Position numbers and translations under genes: made by a program. Below, piece by piece: positions 31,901 through 36,918 of a stretch of 64,000 nt of DNA. The notes beneath the pieces are model-generated. The model searched no databases, was not told the origin of the DNA, and saw nothing but the letters and a program-made list of their open reading frames with translations. The stretch comes from Patescibacteria group bacterium (lineage in GTDB: Bacteria; Patescibacteriota; Patescibacteriia; UBA10025; JAHIVO01). The first letter of the stretch is position 1. Each line of letters begins with the position of its first letter. Where the stretch lies: assembly GCA_041660605.1 (NCBI GenBank), contig JBAZWB010000002.1, positions 170,408 to 234,407 on the forward strand, written 5' to 3'.

Positions 31901-32057
31901 CCACGGTGGTGAGGGTAATATCGCCAATGCCAAAAATCGCCAATGCCGGTTTTGGCTGCAGGGCGATTGGCAGGGATATCTGCAATACAAAAAACATCAT
32001 GGCGCCAAAAATTGCCCACCTTTTGCCTCTGCTTATTTTCGTCCCCTTATTGAACAT
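22980..32057 (-). CDS. giant Cys-rich cell-surface protein (3025 aa) with dockerin-like Ca-binding repeat pairs and CBM4/9-like beta-sandwich modules
   Basis: A single 9-kb ORF with an N-terminal signal/anchor (RWAIFGAMMFFVLQISLPIALQP). Dockerin-type repeats are present (GDINKDGTVDDADQTLL...ADLNNSGNLSKED and GDTNNDNEINIGDPQLIGAYL...GDADNDGDVDMDDINYIVAYIFSG). NGGLE/FENG...W segments resemble carbohydrate-binding modules. Cys clusters occur throughout. Confidence 0.7.
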   Translation of the reverse strand: MFNKGTKISRGKRWAIFGAMMFFVLQISLPIALQPKPALAIFGIGDITLTTVVANPAAKLMEAVSKAIKTASDVAFKNILKNYLNNLAYNYAVKIATGKPGQKPLFVTNPSTLLKQTADAAAGDFLDSMANSWSSGTCQGHNYQSCGSDNDCKSYAPLLLCPKNAIPSSPCAFGQGSGACFTECDSSVEAKQFCISRGCILLECGKNQSCPSWEGSGQVPEKYKNYEFAPRTGAPQCIKDFSLCEPQDITTKIKLQTWAREATFGGPQDVSAKCTLSEIIDNVNATSKQRLFEFSKSFNPEATEIGAYLEIVRKADEEAAKAEDNKKFTQSLSGEMEPATTAVTKENKTPAKFIEQAQGVLFNQSISQSLVQTGSMVADAVGTFTNTLASKLLDRLINQGWNPFASKGGTKSSTSLFADIFGGTSPGITAAKLLFSDLQKTEYSTGGAEEVLPTLASCPDTENSTPDTCVIDNRLQTAIEQELTVQQAIDQGLLDAKDDSNKIFGFYSDGTQPEYYNGYPYRSLVILRKYRIIPVGWELAAKYIRDYAKQDYTLSDLIAEYDNPISPFYRLVDPNWVLKSPEIFCKREGSGEKVVSTQAIRSEDTNGDGTVDLKDVANNMVQRQDNYCADEQMCLAENDDGTCKKFGYCVEEKPIWKFNSESCESQYNSCQSLANSTGDEVAYLTSTTNTDGCNSSNVGCSWYCQDWNAATGKWNCTGEPPTMLGTGGKISFNNSITACDASSEGCTQLIRQYGAGANLIYNGGLEQFGKGVAGDDGIKDTALPDSFDDWNYNKNCAGSACGDSLVAVSDAYEGSTAARIKMYPGSNDSAILYIGDTSSGSPTIVSTGYLTDHRTFTLSLYAKRAADDPDCTGNAGQLDIDLMRPIDAANSEVHPSSINVSDEWRRYVYTITYPSIPTGQWGSAWMMQGIVPLITRPDDIACDVIIDDIMVQEGASSNYIAYEDNPKTNLRIAPDFLSCTGNSQSDNQACGEYALFCSANEVGCELYTSLTSNQKVSGIISDPNNCDPNNPDSCDQCPAEFVGCRAYREMPIEHVPQRPARDPVSFIATTGQSCNASAVGCEEYTNLDAVGQGGEGKEYYSNIRLCVQEDDASIKTFYAWEGSDEFGYQLKKYSLKQSNWPDLTNPGEFGPCTNMMAENSALAPENRWPNCVDGKDFDDNGDGFLESHLAATCLAAEVGVNPDCTEFYDDNGLTYYYLKSRVIFASADCNAYRNSIDGASAIYHLIPKQSVSCSASQNGCRSYKGNAGDNVRQVYSESFENGTISPWIGNVTYSNESVNVGGHSMLINNNGAIANVGTALGMTADKSYEVSFWAKATADTPITFTLNTATPLVFPGQAVAGAEDWNQFHLGPVYVPAGTDLSAVQLVAFGTNAFYIDNIIINEVYENTYLIKDSYKECSGYENCDQYKDRSNTIHYLKSFTRLCRDDKVGCEAMIDTKNTVGPSASDYTVANVNRFLRGDINKDGTVDDADQTLLDICINSAVGCPDPAEIADLNNSGNLSKEDSTYLYQFLHNGGPSPLPRYITGQVKTGVANDSMIFVVNDPEKSCSATAVGCERLGKPVIEADGSVSSFSDAYLANQPDNYGQTMCYYENSSCNEYTSSSGAKYYFKDPGKAVCNFTKVPGQSVAGWYQSGTTEGTANCPVTNGVCVGGHNKGQACNTALNNQEFNDCDDWPSIGADLCVPRDKIVAQPAAGWVGACPATATGCTEYRDPENPVDYSDPDHPKPCDVYLADGGGDGVLTYDCNSYYYLSGNVDKSSCNNLVDRKSGCLMFNDTSVPTLNYDATETKNEESPALCTIPRNSRIMRGDTNNDNEINIGDPQLIGAYLNGTGTITPVERGDADNDGDVDMDDINYIVAYIFSGGDPPLPQYLETNCDSNSVIQAKKDRVCNKWLECADKLITTNESGQNQDLCLKLKLCDEMDEQTGVCTDEVQYERVNDTYSSPAFADKIKNYSGMVLAGMDWDKRCSKNMNYVCDIDADCMRCGGGVRADEICTVGGDCPGGDCVDNGTCSPEPQLTEGDFPYQAMEEVGTTSPQGDIISYGDFGDSSYFKNAELSKVLSAVDESGQADAPLEIEFSKLTPTQSIGLWSARQNPILPPNSLPAPVMLWGEEAASGQIPSPNANLDENNIGHVVAAGNYTGATYDLQTRVFKGEEYAVSFKIKTNQVFRPDDYIYVQLEYLDNDGNQINAPNGTYMTFDRIKPSLEWQKFALGPITAGVDDDGNDDAKDFVNARLNIIYVRDSLLTPFTDLEFYLDDVSMKPVLQVQERKCIGGANDGNYCETDDNCPSGYCYTQTNLARSCRMYPNAEAPYCTYTDENNTTFNGWYGYCIESDPNNSKYCLNWWPVDLISGETDIFSNLKTTQYSGRRPLYYCMEAPGNNKPSMTLSTTTNEGTFPAATTGDNYYIQPLTASQWHDDEFASTVYTNSWIVQTGGDDACQPYPPSIWPGNPPGADCNWSSTNSYYDSKITSNITEDDISRVELEWVTNASFGWGGYSGYFTPETMTTAGYACNKNSSPLKCDSGAAAGRVDRVVSGSDRIWRLYPIDTCHENSGYQCMWLQIIFDNNTGKLKEIRTIGEDSTAGKDEYGAFHLNFYLKESCSAIAQAVDLSEEPIAWSSRTGSSSTYILQDNPPPPDVPEGLKYQYEQDYKPFGAFVNPSTSQGRNELDPTSWPMIPVEQRENPLTSNNARAGSPYSCVGNCWDRGCNWDETNDCSSNDLTSKCLAHNDGNMDLNDGICVGLGSGFCLKDTKIRCTENAQCTGADNRCVLEGAGVFASGRTRTDAINTIKRLFAKPVAGWGWDSQQRQYIKIGVGSSFMDDWINGYDISGKHYFGYNDMPVCNVATRPDNLGDDPGDYCGMPPVVSDIRVGRSQTTMAEPDPLNPVSLSLWTGEVHLAFNVNVDKEQKPLKRIEVNWGDGSNFIIQGKYDSNTIYLTHTYNFAQPFTPYNPADPNGTGVRIKIVDNWDWCGVTAAGVCVSGDCRWNADGDDCDYLQTYITYDPT

Positions 32058-32098
32058 GATTGATATTTAGCTGAAAAACTATTTTCGGGAATTATTTT

Positions 32099-32941
32099 TT
32101 ACTGGGTTTGAAAATTTTGAGCCAAGCTTTCCAGGTATATTTGTTTGAGAGTTGCGTCGTCCAATTGATTCAATGTATCTTCGGGCACCCCATTCTGTAC
32201 CAGTAATGAACGGATTTCCGCGATGGTAAGATTGGCCAGCTGTTCATAAGTTACCCCGCCCGTATCCTGAGTATTCGTATTGGTCGCGGAGTTAGTATTG
32301 GCATTACCGCCTTCTTCTTCCAGTATTTGCTGGTAAGTGGCAATCAAAGTTTCGTCATCCAGCTGGTTCAGGCTGTCTTCAGGCACGCCGGCATTCAGTA
32401 GTACATCCCTTAATTGCTGGGTGGTCAGGTTGCCATAGACTGAATTAGTGTTGGTTGGCTTCAAATCAGTTAAAAATCCACTGTTGGTATTACTGGAATT
32501 TGTGCTTGAGGTATTGCTATTGGTTTCGTTGCCGCAGGCAGTGCCCTGTGGGCAGTTTGGATCAGAGCCCTGGTCTATTTCAATTTTATCGCTGATTTTA
32601 TCACTGTCGCTATCCGATAGATACGGGCTGGTGCCAAACACGTATAATTCATCATAATCAGACAGGCCATCCTGATCGGTATCCTTATCGCGCAAATTCT
32701 CCAGCGCTGCCAGTGAATTAGTATTAATCCCCAGCTCATCGGCGTTAACGCTGAAATTAGCCTCTGAATTCTCAGAATTGGCTATTTTTTTAATTTCAAA
32801 GGGGCTGTTTAATTGCCATATTATATACCAACCTCCGAAACCGACTGATAATAAAGCGATAACCGATAGCAAGAGCAATCCTTGTTTTCTTAAACGCTGC
32901 TCCTTTTTATCATTAAAAATTGGAGTTTTTTCCTGTTCCAT
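32099..32941 (-). CDS. membrane-anchored protein (280 aa) with an Asp-rich Ca-binding segment and two internal repeats (..NAGVPEDSLNQLDDETL.. / ..NGVPEDTLNQLDDATL..)
   Basis: It has an N-terminal TM helix (LLLLSVIALLSVGFGGWYIIW) and DTDQDGLSDYDE...SDSDSDKISD thrombospondin-type-3-like loops. The ~34-aa internal duplication is read directly from the translation. Confidence 0.5.
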   Translation of the reverse strand: MEQEKTPIFNDKKEQRLRKQGLLLLSVIALLSVGFGGWYIIWQLNSPFEIKKIANSENSEANFSVNADELGINTNSLAALENLRDKDTDQDGLSDYDELYVFGTSPYLSDSDSDKISDKIEIDQGSDPNCPQGTACGNETNSNTSSTNSSNTNSGFLTDLKPTNTNSVYGNLTTQQLRDVLLNAGVPEDSLNQLDDETLIATYQQILEEEGGNANTNSATNTNTQDTGGVTYEQLANLTIAEIRSLLVQNGVPEDTLNQLDDATLKQIYLESLAQNFQTQ

Positions 32942-33027
32942 ATATTGAAGCTGATTTTTGTTTTTCCAGTGGCTGGAGTAATAATTTTACCTCTCCATTA
33001 TATCATAATATGTCAAATCTGTCAAAC

Positions 33028-33897
33028 TTACTTTCTGGCTAGTATTTCCAGTTCTTTGGTAATTTCTATCCATTGATTTATTGATAATTCCTGAGCTCTG
33101 ATCATCTGGTTTAAATCTATTTTTGAAAGTATTTTGCTGATTTCCTTGCCTGTGACTCCGAGGCCTCCGGATAAATTATTATGCAGCTGCTTTCTTTTTG
33201 CGGAAAATCCTAATTTAATAATTTTGAATAATTCTTTCTGATCCAGGCCATTTAAGCTTTGCAGATAATTATTCGGATCTTTGCCGATTTCTTTTATCTG
33301 CAATATCGCGGAGTCAACCTGCGGTTCCGGCCAAAAATCGCTTTTCGGTATATAACTGATGACGCGGGGGGAGCCGAAAAACTGTACGGCCACGCTTAAT
33401 AAGCTCAGGCTGCCCGGCTGTGCGCAGATACGGTCAGCCACCTCTTTCTGCACGAGTAAAGTCATGGCGCTCGGCCGCGGCTGATACTCTAAAAAATTTC
33501 TTAAAACCAGGGAAGTGATATTATACGGCAGATTGGCCACCAACTTGTAGCTTAGGTCAGGAAACCCAGCTGAAATTACCTTCCAATTCTGAAAAATATC
33601 CCCCAAAACCGCTTTTAAATTCGGGCTGACTGCGGAAATCTTCTGCAAAGCCCCAAACAGGCGTTTATCCATCTCAACGGTGGTTATTTGCCCGGCTTTT
33701 TCCAGCAGGGCGGTGGTCAGCGTCCCGAAACCGCCGCCGATTTCCAAAACCTTATCGTTAGAATTCAGATTGGCTGATTCAACTATTTTATTCAGGGTTT
33801 TTTCGGAGACGAGAAAATTCTGGCCGCTGCTGCGCGACGGCCAAAAATCGTACTTCCGGCACAAAAACTGGATGGTTTTTTTAGACGTTAAGTGCAT
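33028..33897 (-). CDS. rsmA: 16S rRNA (adenine1518/1519-N6)-dimethyltransferase RsmA/KsgA
   Basis: GQNFL, the SAM-binding segment VLEIGGGFGTLT and the NLPYNITS motif are all present. The length of 289 aa is typical. Confidence 0.85.
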   Translation of the reverse strand: MHLTSKKTIQFLCRKYDFWPSRSSGQNFLVSEKTLNKIVESANLNSNDKVLEIGGGFGTLTTALLEKAGQITTVEMDKRLFGALQKISAVSPNLKAVLGDIFQNWKVISAGFPDLSYKLVANLPYNITSLVLRNFLEYQPRPSAMTLLVQKEVADRICAQPGSLSLLSVAVQFFGSPRVISYIPKSDFWPEPQVDSAILQIKEIGKDPNNYLQSLNGLDQKELFKIIKLGFSAKRKQLHNNLSGGLGVTGKEISKILSKIDLNQMIRAQELSINQWIEITKELEILARK

Positions 33898-33898
33898 G

Positions 33899-35086
33899 CT
33901 AAGTTGTAGCGACTTTTTTTACGTCTTTTAAAAATAAATAAAAAAGCGAGAAAATAGCGGCCAGGATAAACAAAGGCACCCAGGGAGAACTAAATATATA
34001 AATAATTATTATCGCCAGCAGAGCGGCAAAAAACTTCGCCACCGCCAAAGATTGCTCAAAAAATACCGCATAAGATAAAGCCCCGATCTCCTTAGCCTTG
34101 CTGTAGGTAATCACCTGGAGCGGGACAAAAAGCATTTCCTTGGAAAATCTTGAGGAAGCGTCCAATCCGAAAACGTGCCAGGGGACGGAGGCGAAACCTC
34201 GCAGCAGCCAGGTAAAAAAATAAATGATTATTCCGGAACGCATAATTTTGTCCCGCCGGTACTTGTCAGAAGCGCGGCCAAGATACAAAACGATAATGCT
34301 GGTTACAAATGTTGTTACGGCTATCAAGGCGCCTATTTCCAGATAATTCTTGACTACTATGAAAATAAAGACCGGCCAAAGCGTCAGCACGATCATTTCT
34401 TCACCAAAACCGAAATAAGCCAGAGAGTAACGCCGGTGCTCTTTGTCAAAAAGCTGGCGCCAGGCCTGCGAATACGAGTAATCCATCTTGCCATGGATCT
34501 CTTTTATCCTGAAAAGCGGTATGGAGGAAATTATAAATAATATGGAAGCGCAAAAAAATAAAACGCCGAAGCTAGTCCATTCAATTATCGCTCCGCCAAT
34601 CAACGGGCCGAGAATATAGACGAAAACGCTCAGCGTTTCCAGGCCGCCGACTTCGCGGCCGCGCTGGCCATCCTGAGAAAATGAGACGAAATCAGCGTGA
34701 TAAGCCGGCCAATAAAACGATTTATAAAGAGCGCAAAAAAGCGGAGCAATATAAAAAAGCAGTCCGACCTGGGGAATGGAAAATAATAATATAAAGTAGA
34801 ATATCAGTACAAACTGGCTGTAAAAAATTGAGTGCTCCAAACCGATCCGGCTTATAACCCTCCCAAAAAGCGGCAGCAGCAGCACATATGCGCCATAGAT
34901 GATCAGATAGAACAACATGATTGACTGCAGCGAATAACCGAGAGTATATAAATAAATCGGCTCAAAAATCGTCACTGCCGCCAGGGCAAAATCCTTCAAG
35001 CCCACGGACCAGTACAGATCTTTTAAACCTTGCGACGGGTGCTGAGAAAAATAGTGAGGCCTTTGAAATTTGATTTTTTTAAACAT
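33899..35086 (-). CDS. polytopic membrane protein, MFS-like transporter (395 aa, ~12 TM segments)
   Basis: Twelve hydrophobic segments in two halves. There is no specific signature, so the call rests on architecture only. Confidence 0.4.
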   Translation of the reverse strand: MFKKIKFQRPHYFSQHPSQGLKDLYWSVGLKDFALAAVTIFEPIYLYTLGYSLQSIMLFYLIIYGAYVLLLPLFGRVISRIGLEHSIFYSQFVLIFYFILLFSIPQVGLLFYIAPLFCALYKSFYWPAYHADFVSFSQDGQRGREVGGLETLSVFVYILGPLIGGAIIEWTSFGVLFFCASILFIISSIPLFRIKEIHGKMDYSYSQAWRQLFDKEHRRYSLAYFGFGEEMIVLTLWPVFIFIVVKNYLEIGALIAVTTFVTSIIVLYLGRASDKYRRDKIMRSGIIIYFFTWLLRGFASVPWHVFGLDASSRFSKEMLFVPLQVITYSKAKEIGALSYAVFFEQSLAVAKFFAALLAIIIIYIFSSPWVPLFILAAIFSLFYLFLKDVKKVATT

Positions 35087-35190
35087 AGTGTTAATTATGC
35101 ATATAGCATATAGTGTATGGCATATAGTTCATTAAGCTAGAAAAATATTATATCGCTTACTATACGCTATATGCTATAAGCCATATACTA

Positions 35191-35802
35191 CTAAACAACC
35201 TTTACCGGCCCTTTTCGTATTACCTTGATCTTATTATCAACCACCTGCGCTACCGTGGAAACAGGCACCTCCGGCAGATCTCCGGCATCCAGCAGCAGGT
35301 CTGGCTGCGTTTCACTGTCCTGGAACATGCGCGTAACGCATTCCGGCGAATAACAATTGCCCTTGCCGGTAATATTGGCACTGGTTGAGGTCAACGGTTT
35401 ATTGCAGACTTTAACTAACGCCTGTGCCACCAGCGAATCGGGTATGCGTACTCCGATGGTAGGCAATCCCAGTGTGAGAAAAGGCGGGACGCTGTCTTTT
35501 TTATTGAAAATCACTGTCAGCGGACCAGGCCAATATTTAGCAATTAACTTTTTTTCTTTAGGCGTGACTTCCGCCACCTTTGACAGCATGGCCAGTGAGT
35601 TAACGATTATCGGCAGGGGTTTCTGCACGCGGTGCTTGATAATAAAAAGTTTGCCAATGGACTTCTCGTCCAGGGCGTTGGCAGCCAGGCCATAGGCCGT
35701 GTCTGTCGGGTAAGCAACGACTCCGCCGGCCAGAATAATGCTGACTGCCTGTTTGATCGCGCTACTCTCTGGTTTTTTTAGGTTTATTTTTATTACCTGC
35801 AT
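35191..35802 (-). CDS. tsaC: L-threonylcarbamoyladenylate synthase, TsaC/YrdC family (t6A biosynthesis)
   Basis: The YrdC signature is present in AIKQAVSIILAGGVVAYPTDTAYGLAANALD...KLFIIKHRVQKPLPIIV. The 203-aa length fits the single-domain form. Confidence 0.8.
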   Translation of the reverse strand: MQVIKINLKKPESSAIKQAVSIILAGGVVAYPTDTAYGLAANALDEKSIGKLFIIKHRVQKPLPIIVNSLAMLSKVAEVTPKEKKLIAKYWPGPLTVIFNKKDSVPPFLTLGLPTIGVRIPDSLVAQALVKVCNKPLTSTSANITGKGNCYSPECVTRMFQDSETQPDLLLDAGDLPEVPVSTVAQVVDNKIKVIRKGPVKVV

Positions 35803-35805
35803 TTT

Positions 35806-36276
35806 TTATCTGTTTAAATATTTTTTAATCGTCTTTTTTTTCAAATCCCAGTCTGACTGCGGAAGTTTCTTTAGTTTCAAATCGCTCATGACATGGCTGG
35901 TGACCAGACCAAGGCTTTTCTCGCTTAATTCCTGGGTCGGGAAGCCAAAATACATGTTGCGATGGGACAATTGCCGGATAAAATCCTCCAGCATGGCCAA
36001 GGGTTCTTCATTAACTGTCAGAGTCAGCGGATGGGCGAAAGATGGCGCGCTGTAAACCATGTAAATCGGAATGTAATCTTCCGCTTGTTCCTCCCAGCTG
36101 TAACCGGAATATTTTTCGATTAATTCCAGAATATTGTTGATATGCGCCTCATAAATTTTTTCAAAATCAGCCCCAATCGTGATAATCCTCAGCCAGGCAT
36201 CTTCAAAAATTCCTTCTTCATTATAAAGACGCTTGGCATATTCCTGATTGTAGATAATATCCGTGATTGGTAGCAT
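35806..36276 (-). CDS. hypothetical protein (156 aa)
   Basis: ORF only. No motif recognised. Confidence 0.4.
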   Translation of the reverse strand: MLPITDIIYNQEYAKRLYNEEGIFEDAWLRIITIGADFEKIYEAHINNILELIEKYSGYSWEEQAEDYIPIYMVYSAPSFAHPLTLTVNEEPLAMLEDFIRQLSHRNMYFGFPTQELSEKSLGLVTSHVMSDLKLKKLPQSDWDLKKKTIKKYLNR

Positions 36277-36360
36277 ACAAGTAATTTACCATTTTTTTCC
36301 CTGTTTGAGGAGGAGAAATGGAAAAAGCTATTTTTTATTAACCTTTATGTATTTACCGTA

Positions 36361-36467
36361 TACTCCTCTCCCCGCGGGAGAGGGACTAATAACACGAACC
36401 CTCAGGTAATTAATCAGGCATTCCTCTCCTTGAGGAAAGGAACTGAAGGTGAGGTGTTATTTACAAA
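36361..36467. repeat. copy A of a ~107-bp palindrome-containing repeat (REP/MITE-like). It overlaps the last 17 codons of the DUF559 gene
   Basis: About 80% identical to copy B at 36803-36918. It contains the hairpin-forming inverted repeats CTCTCCCCGCGGGAGAGGG and TTCCTCTCC..GGAAAGGAA and the shared tail GAAGGTGAGG..TTAT..ACAAA. Confidence 0.6.
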
Positions 36468-36824
36468 CCTGTATATTTCTTCCAATACACCATCAATATT
36501 TTCATATACTTCATTAGCCCAAACTCTGATAACCGAGTAACCGCGTCGCTTGAGATAAAAATCACGTTGCCTGTCTCGCTCTATTTGCTTGGGAAAATTA
36601 TGACCGCCACCATCAACTTCTAAAACCAATTTGTGCTCCATGGCACAGAAATCAGCAATATACGGCCCGATTGGGCACTGACGCCGAAATTTAATATTCA
36701 TGAATCTTCTATTCCTTAATAATGACCACATTATTGCTTCCGTCTGGGTTTGCCTTTTTCTAAGGCTACGAGCGATTTTTGTCATTTTTTTAGCCATTGA
36801 ATACCTCTCCTGGCCTCTCCCCAT
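36414..36824 (-). CDS. DUF559 domain protein (Vsr/restriction-endonuclease-like fold). The true start is probably Met10 at ~36797
   Basis: The DUF559 core is present in IMWSLLRNRRFMNIKFRRQCPIGPYIADFCAMEHKLVLEVDGGGH...RDRQRDFYLKRRGYSVIRVWANEV. The first 9 codons of the annotated ORF lie inside repeat copy B. Confidence 0.7.
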   Translation of the reverse strand: MGRGQERYSMAKKMTKIARSLRKRQTQTEAIMWSLLRNRRFMNIKFRRQCPIGPYIADFCAMEHKLVLEVDGGGHNFPKQIERDRQRDFYLKRRGYSVIRVWANEVYENIDGVLEEIYRFVNNTSPSVPFLKERNA

Positions 36825-36918
36825 GGGAGAGGGATTAATACATTCACCCTTGGGCTATTAATCAGTCCTTCCTCTCCCTCCGGGAGAGGAACCGAAGGTG
36901 AGGGGGTTATACTACAAA
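36803..36918. repeat. copy B of the ~107-bp palindrome-containing repeat. It begins exactly at the leuS stop codon and extends to the DUF559 start
   Basis: It contains CTCTCCCCATGGGAGAGGG and TTCCTCTCCCTCCGGGAGAGGAA inverted repeats. It is a direct repeat of copy A, and the pair brackets the DUF559 gene. Confidence 0.6.

Noticed and set aside
22980-32057. Numerous ORFs of 60-274 codons on the + strand inside the giant gene, for example 25887-26711 and 27951-28493
   Set aside because: They lie antisense within a continuous 9-kb coding frame of high coding quality, and they have no RBS or motifs. They are typical shadow ORFs of a long GC-skewed gene.
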